In this document: in pieces, positions 9,147-17,955 of the stretch
Layout: the number at the start of each line of letters is the position of its first letter
Position numbering within the stretch: the first letter of the stretch is position 1
Assembly: GCA_041666915.1 (NCBI GenBank)
Contig: JBAYFZ010000001.1
Location: 201,086-265,085 of the forward strand
Origin: Minisyncoccota bacterium
GTDB taxonomy: Bacteria > Patescibacteriota > Minisyncoccia > Phycocordibacterales > PALSA-1337
Length of the DNA stretch: 64,000 bases
Direction of reading: 5' to 3'
Translations under genes and position numbers: made by a program
Notes under the pieces: generated by a model
The model's input: the letters and a program-made list of their open reading frames with translations, nothing else
What the model was told of the DNA's origin: nothing
Databases searched by the model: none

Positions 9147-10625
9147 TTGCTCCATCGCAGTATTAAACTATACAGCTCAGTCGCAAACATCGCTTGCGCC
9201 TCGAACTGCATTCAAATTCATAGGTTTTTGAAAAATAACATGATAAATAACATTCAAATATTTAACACCCTTTCTCGCAAAAAAGAGATTTTCAAGCCTA
9301 TAAACAAAGGCGTAGTCGGAATGTACCACTGTGGACCAACCGTCTATGATCGTATTCACATTGGTAATTTCCGCGCTTTTATAGTTCCAGACATTTTACG
9401 AAGAATGTTTGAATACAACGGTTATGAGGTCAAACAGATCATGAACATTACTGATGTTGGCCATTTGGTCAGTGATGGTGATGAAGGAGAAGATAAAATG
9501 ACAAAAGGTTTGAAGCGTGAAGGCAAACCTATCACCCTAGAAGCAATGTTGGAATTATCTTCTAAATACGCCGACCAGTTTTTGGAAGATTTGAAATCAT
9601 TGAATATAGAGCCGGCTCAAAAATATCCTAGAGCTAGCGAACATATCATTGAAGATATTGAGATAGTCAAACAACTTGAGACAAAAGGTTTCGATTATGC
9701 TCTGGATGATGGTATGTATTTTGATACTGCCAAATTCCCTTCTTATGGCAAGCTCGGAAACATTTCCATTGAAAGCCTCAAGGAAGGTGCTCGCATAACG
9801 ACTAATTCAAACAAACGTAATCCCGCAGATTTCGTCTTATGGAGATTTGACCCGAAGATTGGTTGGGATAGTCCTTGGGGTAAAGGTTTTCCTGGTTGGC
9901 ATATAGAATGTTCGGCAATGTCAGCGAAATATTTGGGACAACCATTTGATATCCATACTGGAGGAATTGATCATATTCCTGTTCACCACAACAATGAAAT
10001 AGCTCAATCTGAAGCGGCTTACGATAAGCCTCTGGCCAATTACTGGATGCACAATGAGTTTCTCATCATTGGCGGAGACAAAATGTCCAAGTCTTTGGGT
10101 AATTATGTAACTTTAGAGACCCTGAAAGAAGAAGCTATCTCACCTCTTGCATATCGTTATTGGTCATTGACTGCACATTATCGTTCACCAGTTAATTTCA
10201 CCTACGAAGCTGTCCGTGGTTCTCAAAATGCCCTCATAAAACTTATGAAGACGATCGTAAGTTATCCAAAAGATGGTCAGATTATTCCTGAATACAAAGA
10301 AAAATTTTTGACTCTTATTAATGATGATTTGAATTTGCCACAAGCTATCGCTCTAGCTTGGAATCTAATCGCTGATTCCAATCAAAAAGATGCTGACAAA
10401 AGAGCAACTTTGATTGATTTTGATAGAGTTTTTGGTCTGAAATTGGATTCTATCCCTGAGACAAAAGAAGAAGTCCCTCCAGAAATACAAGCTTTGGCAG
10501 AAACGCGTGAAGAGGCTCGTAAAGAGAAAGATTGGGTAAAGGCTGATGCCATCCGAAAAGAGATTGAGAATAGGGGCTTTACAGTCAAAGATACGGCTGA
10601 GGGGATTGAAATCGTTAGGATATAG
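9147..10625 (+). CDS. cysS: Cysteinyl-tRNA synthetase; likely start at ATG 9240 (MINNIQIF)
   Basis: MYHCGPTVYDRIHIGNFR contains the HIGH motif, and KMSKSLGN is present. The overall architecture fits CysRS. Confidence 0.9.
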   Translation: MLHRSIKLYSSVANIACASNCIQIHRFLKNNMINNIQIFNTLSRKKEIFKPINKGVVGMYHCGPTVYDRIHIGNFRAFIVPDILRRMFEYNGYEVKQIMNITDVGHLVSDGDEGEDKMTKGLKREGKPITLEAMLELSSKYADQFLEDLKSLNIEPAQKYPRASEHIIEDIEIVKQLETKGFDYALDDGMYFDTAKFPSYGKLGNISIESLKEGARITTNSNKRNPADFVLWRFDPKIGWDSPWGKGFPGWHIECSAMSAKYLGQPFDIHTGGIDHIPVHHNNEIAQSEAAYDKPLANYWMHNEFLIIGGDKMSKSLGNYVTLETLKEEAISPLAYRYWSLTAHYRSPVNFTYEAVRGSQNALIKLMKTIVSYPKDGQIIPEYKEKFLTLINDDLNLPQAIALAWNLIADSNQKDADKRATLIDFDRVFGLKLDSIPETKEEVPPEIQALAETREEARKEKDWVKADAIRKEIENRGFTVKDTAEGIEIVRI

Positions 10626-10632
10626 TCGCTGT

Positions 10633-10747
10633 GTCATTCCCGCGAAGGCGATTTAGCAAAATCGTGTCGAATGGACCGGTGAATCCATGAAGACAAATAA
10701 ATGGATTTTTTGGTAATATCCTGGATTCCCGCCTTCGCGGGAATGAC
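10633..10747. repeat. Inverted-repeat element, copy 2, with a 31-bp nested insertion in the left TIR
   Basis: The left end reads GTCATTCCCGCGAAGGCG-[ATTTAGCAAAATCGTGTCGAATGGACCGGT]-GAATCCATGAAG, and the right TIR is canonical. The element begins 8 bp after the cysS stop. Confidence 0.85.
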
Positions 10748-10753
10748 AACAGA

Positions 10754-10821
10754 ATTTCTTCATTATTTCTTAATAACTTCTTTATCGTTTCTTTAACCTT
10801 TCTTAATCAGGATTTTAACTC
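10754..10821 (+). repeat. Promoter-like repeat, copy A (doubled TTTCTTTAAC unit), directly abutting element copy 2 and upstream of the ORF starting at 10836
   Basis: Sequence identity to 39279-39336 and to the reverse complement of 1486-1560. Confidence 0.5.
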
Positions 10822-10835
10822 GTTTTGATATCGTA

Positions 10836-11132
10836 ATGTCGTACACATTATCATTTATCAAAACAAATATGTCCTTAGAACAAAAAGATCTTGAGTTAAT
10901 AGAAAGTCTAATCTACAAAAATAGTGACGATATAGCAATATCCATAGCTAGAAGCTTTGAACGACTAGAAAAACGTGGCGATGACAGTGAGTCACGCATC
11001 TATTCACGTCTTTCTGAAATAGAAGACCGTATAGAATCCAGTCGACAAGATATGTCGGATACTATTGGTGACATAAAAGAGGAGATACGAGATACCATGA
11101 GGTTCAAAACTCTTGCTGAAGTTAACAATTGA
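10836..11132 (+). CDS. Hypothetical acidic coiled-coil protein
   Basis: The 98 aa ORF has no recognisable motif. It lies downstream of the promoter-like repeat. Confidence 0.4.
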   Translation: MSYTLSFIKTNMSLEQKDLELIESLIYKNSDDIAISIARSFERLEKRGDDSESRIYSRLSEIEDRIESSRQDMSDTIGDIKEEIRDTMRFKTLAEVNN

Positions 11133-11174
11133 AAACCGTGAGCCTCTGTGGTATAAATTACGGCGGAGGTAAAT

Positions 11175-11282
11175 ATGAGTCAAAAATCTAATGATTGTAA
11201 CGGAGCAATTTTTGTCATAGTCATTGGTATTGTAGTTACTCTGGTGTATTTATCACTTTCGAGTTTAAAGGTAACTGGCTAA
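11175..11282 (+). CDS. Small hydrophobic peptide (35 aa), possible membrane toxin-like peptide
   Basis: The sequence is MSQKSNDCNGAIFVIVIGIVVTLVYLSLSSLKVTG. A strong SD (GGAGGT) precedes the ATG with a 7-nt spacer. Twin terminators follow. It is below the ORF-track length cutoff. Confidence 0.35.
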   Translation: MSQKSNDCNGAIFVIVIGIVVTLVYLSLSSLKVTG

Positions 11283-11293
11283 GACAAAATTCA

Positions 11294-11360
11294 AAATGGC
11301 GGTCATTCTTTGACCGCCATTTTTCTAACAAAAAAGTGACGAAAAATCCGTCACTTTTTT
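11294..11360. terminator. Back-to-back rho-independent terminators between the small peptide ORF and lexA
   Basis: The first is AATGGCGGTCA-TTCTT-TGACCGCCATTTTT (11294-11325). The second is AAAAAGTGACG-loop-CGTCACTTTTTT (11330-11360). Confidence 0.65.
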
Positions 11361-11382
11361 GTGGGCGCTGATCATTGATTAC

Positions 11383-11946
11383 TTAATACTTCCTAACAAC
11401 CCCTTTTACAATAGCGGCAACCTTGAGATCCTGCTCCGGATATATCGGTCTATACTTTTTATTGGCTGGTTCTAGATAGATGACATTTCCCTGTTTACGG
11501 AAATATTTCATAGTCCAACCACCATCAACCTCGGCAATGACAATATCACCTGGTTTTGGTTCTCCTTTGCGCTCTGCTATGACCAAATCGCCCTCTTGGA
11601 TACCAGCATCAATCATAGAGTCGCCTTTTACCTCTAATAAATACGTAGCGGATTTATCTTTTATAAGATAATCCTCTATGTTCATGGTGTCAGTCATCTG
11701 TTCATCCATTGTTGTAGGAAAACCAGCTTCTACCAAACCAAGCAAAGGTATCTCACCGATAAGCCTGTTTGGCACAAGCCTGCCTCTAGAATCTTTGTCC
11801 AAAACACCTTCATCAACTAGTTTATTTATAAGTTTGTAGACAGAATTTTTGGATTTGAAACCAAGTAAAGACATAATCTCGGTATAACTAGGCATACGCT
11901 TTGTTCGTTTATAAAAAGAGATTATTTTGTTTTTATAATTTTCCAT
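11383..11946 (-). CDS. lexA: LexA repressor (S24 peptidase)
   Basis: There is an N-terminal wHTH. The Ala-Gly cleavage site is VEAGFP, the Ser nucleophile is in GDSM, and the catalytic Lys is near the C-terminus. The length is 187 aa. Confidence 0.85.
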   Translation of the reverse strand: MENYKNKIISFYKRTKRMPSYTEIMSLLGFKSKNSVYKLINKLVDEGVLDKDSRGRLVPNRLIGEIPLLGLVEAGFPTTMDEQMTDTMNIEDYLIKDKSATYLLEVKGDSMIDAGIQEGDLVIAERKGEPKPGDIVIAEVDGGWTMKYFRKQGNVIYLEPANKKYRPIYPEQDLKVAAIVKGVVRKY

Positions 11947-11985
11947 AAATTAAATAATAAAGTGATACGGTATAAATTTTTTAAA

Positions 11986-12192
11986 TTAAAACATGAAGGT
12001 TGATACGAAACTCAAAGATTTACCAAACCAGTTGGATTGGATCTTGGAGAGCCTAGCAAGCTGAGCCATCAAAAATTTGTGTCTTTGAGATTGTTGTCTG
12101 TATGAAAGACCTTTGATGATGCGTAGGTCAATCTCTCTATTGAGTCTTTCTATCTCACTACGAATTGTTTTGATGGCTTGATGCTTACTCAT
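11986..12192 (-). CDS. Hypothetical 68 aa protein immediately upstream of lexA (co-oriented)
   Basis: The ORF is MSKHQAIKTIRSEIERLNREID..., with no clear family. It is preceded by the palindrome at 12233-12252. Confidence 0.4.
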   Translation of the reverse strand: MSKHQAIKTIRSEIERLNREIDLRIIKGLSYRQQSQRHKFLMAQLARLSKIQSNWFGKSLSFVSTFMF

Positions 12193-12232
12193 GGCTTTGT
12201 ATGATTAATGTTCTCTATTGCCATATCATTAT

Positions 12233-12252
12233 AGGTGAACGATAGTTCACCT
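12233..12252. promoter_or_regulatory. Perfect palindrome AGGTGAAC-GATA-GTTCACCT (GAAC-N4-GTTC, LexA/Cheo-box-like) upstream of the ORF68-lexA pair
   Basis: Read directly. It lies 41 bp upstream of the ORF68 start codon. Confidence 0.45.
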
Positions 12253-12310
12253 GCAAGCAAAAACTGTGGATAACTACATAGTACTCCGGAGGTGTAACCT
12301 CCGGAGAAAA

Positions 12311-13591
12311 TTAGTTGATGAAAGTCAAAGCTTTACCACGCTTGTCACCTCTGCCTGTACGACCAATACGGTGTACGTAGTCATCATAAGTAGCAGGTAA
12401 TTCGTAGTTGATAACATGACTTACATCAGCAATATCAAGACCGCGAGCAGCTACGTCAGTAGCGACCAAGATCTGGACACTTCCCTCCTTGAACATCCTT
12501 AGAGCCTGTTGGCGCTTGGAGTGATTTTTGTTGCCGTGAATAGACTCAGCTTTGAAACCTTTTTCTATGAGCAATTTTGAAAGTCTTTCTACACCATGTT
12601 TGGTGCGACCAAAGACTAGGACTCTACTAAATTCTTTTTGAGCCAAAAGGTTGCGTAAAACATCCAATTTATCTTTTCCAGCAGTACGAACAACGTCTTG
12701 TTCAACATTTCTAGCAGTATCTCCTGTCTTTACAGAGATTCGGACTGGTTCTTTGAGGAATTCACCGATCAGTTTTTCAATAGAAGGAGAAAGTGTTGCA
12801 GAGAAAAATAGTGTTTGGCGGACTTTGGCCATCTGGGACATGACAAGTCTCATGTCACCGATGAATCCCATATCCAACATGCGGTCAGCTTCGTCCAAAA
12901 CGATAGTACTGAAAATAGCTGGATTGATACGTTTTCTATCAATAAGATCTTTGAGACGACCAGGTGTTCCAATGATAAAATTGTAAGGATAGCGAAGATC
13001 AGAAATCTGTTTATTGATAGACATTCCACCAACACAACAGACAGAGAAAATCTTCATACCTTTACTAAAACTTTTGAATTCTTGATCAATCTGCAAAGCG
13101 AGCTCTCTTGTAGGGACGATAATAAGAATGTGTTCAGAAGGTTTCTGAATAACTTTGTTTATAAGAGGGATAAGAAAAGCGGCAGTCTTACCTGTACCAG
13201 TATTTGCAATACCTACGAGGTCTGCACCTTTCAAAATATGAGGAATGGAGCGATCTTGAATAGGAGCTGGAGCGGTATAACCTTTTGTAACAATAGCCTG
13301 TTTGATGCGTTCATCAATGAGAAAATCACCGAAAGCATGTTCGGGTTTGTAGATTTGTGCCTCTTCCGTTACGACAACTTTGTTAACGAAGCGTGCTGGA
13401 TTGAGATATTCTCCTGTAGAACCTTTGTTACCACGGCCTCTCCCTGAGAATTTTGGGCGACCTCCGGCAGTGCCAGGAGATCGTCTATGCTGGCCAGAAA
13501 AGGGTTTTCCTCCTCTTGGCGCGTTTCTAAAATTTGTATACACAGTTGCCCTAGTATAATCCATATTCTTTTCCTTGTCAAGGGTTTGCAT
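12311..13591 (-). CDS. DEAD-box ATP-dependent RNA helicase with an N-terminal RGG-rich tail
   Basis: Helicase motifs GTGKTAAF, PTRELA, VLDEADRMLDMGF, SAT and HRIGRTGRG are all present. Confidence 0.9.
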   Translation of the reverse strand: MQTLDKEKNMDYTRATVYTNFRNAPRGGKPFSGQHRRSPGTAGGRPKFSGRGRGNKGSTGEYLNPARFVNKVVVTEEAQIYKPEHAFGDFLIDERIKQAIVTKGYTAPAPIQDRSIPHILKGADLVGIANTGTGKTAAFLIPLINKVIQKPSEHILIIVPTRELALQIDQEFKSFSKGMKIFSVCCVGGMSINKQISDLRYPYNFIIGTPGRLKDLIDRKRINPAIFSTIVLDEADRMLDMGFIGDMRLVMSQMAKVRQTLFFSATLSPSIEKLIGEFLKEPVRISVKTGDTARNVEQDVVRTAGKDKLDVLRNLLAQKEFSRVLVFGRTKHGVERLSKLLIEKGFKAESIHGNKNHSKRQQALRMFKEGSVQILVATDVAARGLDIADVSHVINYELPATYDDYVHRIGRTGRGDKRGKALTFIN

Positions 13592-13636
13592 CCGTACAAC
13601 GTTCGAGACTTCGTTATAACTACACGAGAGATGAAA

Positions 13637-14047
13637 TTATGGGGTTTTTGGCATCTTGTTTTCATCCATATAGAACACTTCCCAAACATGACCATCTAGA
13701 TCTTGAAAACTTTTGGTGTACATCCAATCCAAATCTTCTGGTTCATGATTAATCTTACCACCAGATTCTATTGCCCTATTAAATACATCATCAACTTCTT
13801 CTTTACTTTCTACCGATAAAGCCAATAACGCCTCTGTCACCTCTTTTGCATTAGCAATCTTTTTCTTGGTAAAAGTCTTAAAGAATTTTTCAGTAACAAG
13901 CATTGCAAAAATATGTTCACTTATGACCAAACATCCCGCTTTTTCATCAGTAAATCTTGGATCAAAACTATACCCAAGATTACTAAAAAATTCCATGGAT
14001 TTACCCAAATCTTTGACTGGTAGATTGACAAATATTTTTGTTATCAT
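13637..14047 (-). CDS. VOC/glyoxalase-bleomycin resistance family protein
   Basis: The 136 aa product starts MITKIFVNLPVKDLGKSMEFFSNLGY, a typical VOC N-terminus. The betabetaalphabeta-like pattern repeats twice. Confidence 0.65.
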   Translation of the reverse strand: MITKIFVNLPVKDLGKSMEFFSNLGYSFDPRFTDEKAGCLVISEHIFAMLVTEKFFKTFTKKKIANAKEVTEALLALSVESKEEVDDVFNRAIESGGKINHEPEDLDWMYTKSFQDLDGHVWEVFYMDENKMPKTP

Positions 14048-14201
14048 GGTGTCAAAAAGTTAATCTCTAATAAATAGACCTTTTATTTATATACGAACGA
14101 ACCACCTATTTGGTTGCAAAATCACCATTTATAGAAGTTACAAAAGGTGAATGTTTATCCATTGTGTTATTATGGCATTTTGACGAGGTGTCGCCTTCGC
14201 T

Positions 14202-14987
14202 TTAATAAGCTACGGCGACCGAAGCGGACTTTGATAAATATCTCTTCCTTTTATCTTCCTCAAACTTTTCTATAGCATATCTGAGCATCGTTCTAGGCAT
14301 GATCTTGTAATTCCTATCCAAAAACTCACATAAGGTTGACTCCGACTTCTTACCGACTTCGCGTAACATCCAACCAACCGCTTTGTGGATGAGATCATGT
14401 TTATCGTCCAAAAGTATTTCTGCTAAACGTAAAGAATCTTTGAAGTCACTTTTTCTTATAAATGAAAAAGTAGAAATTATAGCGATTCTCCTATCCCAAA
14501 GATTTTTTGATACAACTAATTTATATAAAATAGATCTGTCGTTATCAATCAGCCAATTTCCTAAAATATAAGGCGCGGAAGTGTCCACCAAATCCCAGTT
14601 GTTTATATTTTTACGATTATTTAAATAAAATTTAGCAATTTGATCTTTTTCTTTTTGATCAGCTTTTTTGTATTTCAAGACTAAGATAGCCAGTGCCGTA
14701 AAACGATATTCGTGAATATTACTGGAAAGAAGTTTGGAAATTTCAACCAAAGAAAGTTCTTGATATTTCCCTGCCACACTTCTTTGCTGTGGCACCATAA
14801 TACCTAAAAATTTATCCCCTTCTGCATATTCACCTTTACCAGTCTTGAAATATCTTTGTAGGAGTTTGGCTTTGGTAGGATCGGCTAGAGTTTTTAATTC
14901 TTTTGTAATATCGGTGGATTTCATCTCTGGATTATAGCATTTCATCAATCCGCCAACTGGTGGACCGACCTTGACACCTATTACCAA
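14202..14987 (-). CDS. DNA alkylation repair enzyme (AlkD/AlkC-like HEAT-repeat glycosylase family); likely start MKCYNPEM at 14946
   Basis: LQRYFKTGKGEYAEGDKFLGI, NNWDLVD and VGWMLREVGK match the DNA_alkylation family signature. Confidence 0.7.
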   Translation of the reverse strand: MVIGVKVGPPVGGLMKCYNPEMKSTDITKELKTLADPTKAKLLQRYFKTGKGEYAEGDKFLGIMVPQQRSVAGKYQELSLVEISKLLSSNIHEYRFTALAILVLKYKKADQKEKDQIAKFYLNNRKNINNWDLVDTSAPYILGNWLIDNDRSILYKLVVSKNLWDRRIAIISTFSFIRKSDFKDSLRLAEILLDDKHDLIHKAVGWMLREVGKKSESTLCEFLDRNYKIMPRTMLRYAIEKFEEDKRKRYLSKSASVAVAY

Positions 14988-15060
14988 AGGAGTAGATTTT
15001 AAATGGAATAAAACTGTCCCGTCACAGTGCGGGGCATAACAAAGAAAGTGAGTTAGTTCT

Positions 15061-16107
15061 ATGACAACAGCAAATAATACAGTCTCAAAAGAGGCTCCTC
15101 CGGTAGAAAACCAAATACACGACCTGTTCTCGCGCGAGATTCGCCCTATACAAAATTGGAATGAATGGTTGGAACGTTGGCAATCCGCTAAGACGTATGA
15201 GGAAATGCTTGGCCTTTTACACAGAGGTTACAAAGTCATATCTTTTGACCCTCAAAAACATGGCGATAAAAAATACTGTCCAAACGATCGTGATCTCTTT
15301 TATCTAACCATTGCAGATGGTTGGACAAGTAGTTCTTTATTAGAAAAACCCACTGAACATCCTAGCTGGGCATTTAGAATGAAAAGAGAAAACAACAATG
15401 AAGCTGAAGATCTGAGTATTAGCGAAATACGTCAATTGCTTGCTACCAAAGCTTTTGAAATGCTCTGTGCTAATTTCTTTAACATCGGACCATACATATA
15501 CAACGGTGAGGAAAATTGGCGTTGGATAACATTGGTTTCAGAAAAGAAACTTTTTACGATTGTCCAGAACTTTTTTCGTGTTGAAACACGATTCAGTGAA
15601 CTTCAAGTTCGTAATATAGATATAGGCGATAAAGATCTTAGGCACGAGAATGCCAAGAAATTCTTACTCCGTCTAGCTAATTTCATGTGGGCATGGGAAG
15701 AAGACCCAATTAGAGAATGGGATTCTTGTGGAGTAGAGAAAGAAAGAAAAAATCTCATGATACGTTCCACGATATCTTCGGCGATGTTTTGGATGATTGA
15801 AGTTCTTTGTTGTATAAAGGAACTTCGGCTATTAGACAAGCATATCCTGAAATTAGACGACAATTGTTTAATGAAAATGAAGGAAATAGCCTTCAGAAGT
15901 AAGTTCTGCGCACATTCTGAATATGTCATGAAGGAACGCAATGTTATGAGTATTGAAGAAGCTTGTCTTCTAGGCTCAGCACCAGCGTGGCTTTTTAAAA
16001 AACATCAGATCATGAAAGCTGAAGATAAGAGGCTTAAAAAAATCAGGAAAGCTGAACAAGTCAAAGAGTTAGCGGAACAACAATTGAAAAAATTGCAAAA
16101 ACGATAG
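15061..16107 (+). CDS. Hypothetical protein (348 aa), Cys/Trp-rich, with a K-rich C-terminal helix
   Basis: It is a long ORF with a terminator downstream. No recognisable motif was found. Confidence 0.45.
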   Translation: MTTANNTVSKEAPPVENQIHDLFSREIRPIQNWNEWLERWQSAKTYEEMLGLLHRGYKVISFDPQKHGDKKYCPNDRDLFYLTIADGWTSSSLLEKPTEHPSWAFRMKRENNNEAEDLSISEIRQLLATKAFEMLCANFFNIGPYIYNGEENWRWITLVSEKKLFTIVQNFFRVETRFSELQVRNIDIGDKDLRHENAKKFLLRLANFMWAWEEDPIREWDSCGVEKERKNLMIRSTISSAMFWMIEVLCCIKELRLLDKHILKLDDNCLMKMKEIAFRSKFCAHSEYVMKERNVMSIEEACLLGSAPAWLFKKHQIMKAEDKRLKKIRKAEQVKELAEQQLKKLQKR

Positions 16108-16126
16108 TAGTCACCAACTAAACACA

Positions 16127-16155
16127 AGCGGAACCCAAAAGGTTCCGCTTTTTTC
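16127..16155 (+). terminator. Rho-independent terminator (AGCGGAACC-CAAAA-GGTTCCGCTTTTTT); second palindrome TCAAGGTCCGACCTTGA follows
   Basis: Read directly. It lies between convergent genes. Confidence 0.6.
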
Positions 16156-16178
16156 ATCAAGGTCCGACCTTGATGATA

Positions 16179-17081
16179 CTATCTAAACACCATTTCCCCA
16201 TCAAGTTTCAGATTGAAAACCAATTCTCCTTTTGAGGTGAAATGATAACTTTGTACCTCACTCATCATCTTGGAAAAATCATTTTCTTGTGAACCTTCGC
16301 AATACATGAGTGTAGACATCATCCTTTCAAAAGAAATCTTACTGCCATTTACTATATATTCACCACCGACACCATTACAATCGGTCTTAGCTGAGAAATT
16401 GTTACCTTTGAATGTCAGAACAAATCTCGTTGGATCTTTTGGAACTACAATCTTGCCATCTTTATAGACCGTACTTATCCAACTCCAATCCTTCATATCC
16501 AAAGTTATTTTGGCAGGATCAGCTTCACCTTCAAAATTTTGAACAACTTCACCCAACTGCATGGTCTTTGGATCTAATAATATAGATATGCTTTTTCCTA
16601 TTGAAGGTTGTACAGCGAAACTTTCCCCTTCTTTTCTATCAGCATAATTAACAACAATAATATTACCCTTACCCATTTCGGTTGTTTGTGGAGCAATACG
16701 ATCTCCTAGAAGGAATCCCTCTGAACCAACATACCCCCTAGGGGTATTCAAAGCTACAACTAAATAATAGAAAGTACCCGTACCACCAGAATTTTGAGTC
16801 AAGAGAAAAGCGATGTCTTCGCGACCATCACCATTAAAATCGTGTCGGACTTCATTACCAAAGTACCTCGTAACCATTTTTGAAGCCGATACTGGAGTTA
16901 TCTCTATTTCAGACACCCCATTTACAAGTGTGATACTTTTACCATCAATGATGTAAGTTGCATCCTTTGGGTCAGCGTTACCGTTTTGTAAACCTTCTGG
17001 AGCGGTAGAAAGACGAACAGTAAAGACCGCAACGACGATAACTACTATAGCGATAATTGAAATTAAAGAAGGTTTTTTCAT
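16179..17081 (-). CDS. Secreted/anchored protein with an FG-GAP-like calcium-binding loop and a C-terminal META/HslJ-like domain
   Basis: N-terminal TM/signal is MKKPSLISIIAIVVIVVAVF. The FG-GAP-like loop is HDFNGDGREDIAF. The C-terminus has the TDCNGVGGEY...LMYCEG pattern typical of the HslJ/META domain. Confidence 0.45.
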   Translation of the reverse strand: MKKPSLISIIAIVVIVVAVFTVRLSTAPEGLQNGNADPKDATYIIDGKSITLVNGVSEIEITPVSASKMVTRYFGNEVRHDFNGDGREDIAFLLTQNSGGTGTFYYLVVALNTPRGYVGSEGFLLGDRIAPQTTEMGKGNIIVVNYADRKEGESFAVQPSIGKSISILLDPKTMQLGEVVQNFEGEADPAKITLDMKDWSWISTVYKDGKIVVPKDPTRFVLTFKGNNFSAKTDCNGVGGEYIVNGSKISFERMMSTLMYCEGSQENDFSKMMSEVQSYHFTSKGELVFNLKLDGEMVFR

Positions 17082-17098
17082 AGGGTTAGTATACTACA

Positions 17099-17809
17099 TC
17101 AATCCACATAAGCCTCTACGATACCTATATGATTTGATAAATGTAATTTGTCGGCCAAATGCGGAAACATGGTCCTATTCGAAAGACCAATACACAAATC
17201 ATCTAATTTATTCAAACCCGGATATGGTAATAGAGTATAAACTAGATCACTACCTTGAATATGTACTCCGTTCACAAAAAGCGGTAACTCATATAGTACA
17301 TAATCTGTTAGTCTATCTAATTCCTCTTGGGACATTTTTGAAATACTCTCTACTCGATCACTTCTTCCAGACACTACGATATCTGTCATAAAATCATGAA
17401 ATTCTTTATTATTTACAAATTCGTCTTTTATCGCCTGTAAATTATATTTGTAAATCTCATTCTGAGTTACATCACCCCATCTCACTACTCGAACTTTATT
17501 CCGATCTTCTGATGATAAAGTGGCAATAATTTCTTGGATCTCTTCATTCTTCTTGTCACCAATCTTTGTAGCTTTCCTCAAAGCACGCTTAGGACTTCGC
17601 TTATCCAATACCTCCAAATTAACTGTATGCAACGCATCAGGTATTACGATTAAAACACCATCTTTGGTATTAGCAATAGCCCATTTAATATACTTTTCAA
17701 TGTTATCTTTAAAAAAATATTTATTTCCAAGACTTATACCTAACCATATATTATGACGTTTATCTCTTATTTCTTCTGGAGTTATATTCAAATAAGTATT
17801 AATCCTCAT
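17099..17809 (-). CDS. tRNA-dependent cyclodipeptide synthase (CDPS, AlbC/YvmC family)
   Basis: The 236 aa product has WLGISLGNKYF (compare AlbC LIGISAGNSYF and YvmC LVGISPFNSRF, which hold the catalytic Ser). It also has YVLYELPLF (compare AlbC YVLAEAPLF, Y178/E182). Size and motif spacing fit a CDPS. Confidence 0.7.
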   Translation of the reverse strand: MRINTYLNITPEEIRDKRHNIWLGISLGNKYFFKDNIEKYIKWAIANTKDGVLIVIPDALHTVNLEVLDKRSPKRALRKATKIGDKKNEEIQEIIATLSSEDRNKVRVVRWGDVTQNEIYKYNLQAIKDEFVNNKEFHDFMTDIVVSGRSDRVESISKMSQEELDRLTDYVLYELPLFVNGVHIQGSDLVYTLLPYPGLNKLDDLCIGLSNRTMFPHLADKLHLSNHIGIVEAYVD

Positions 17810-17955
17810 AAACTTAGTATACTACGAAAGATGTTTTTATTGAAAAAAATGATAATTTGCGAGACTTGCCAAGTGTTGACTTACGTATCATAATATAGTA
17901 ATCTAAATACCAGATAGAAACATAAACAATAAACCTTAAAGAGAAAGGATCCTCC

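Noticed and set aside
12651-13447. 210 aa and 111 aa plus-strand ORFs inside the DEAD-box helicase gene
   Set aside because: They are antisense to a gene that has all helicase motifs intact.
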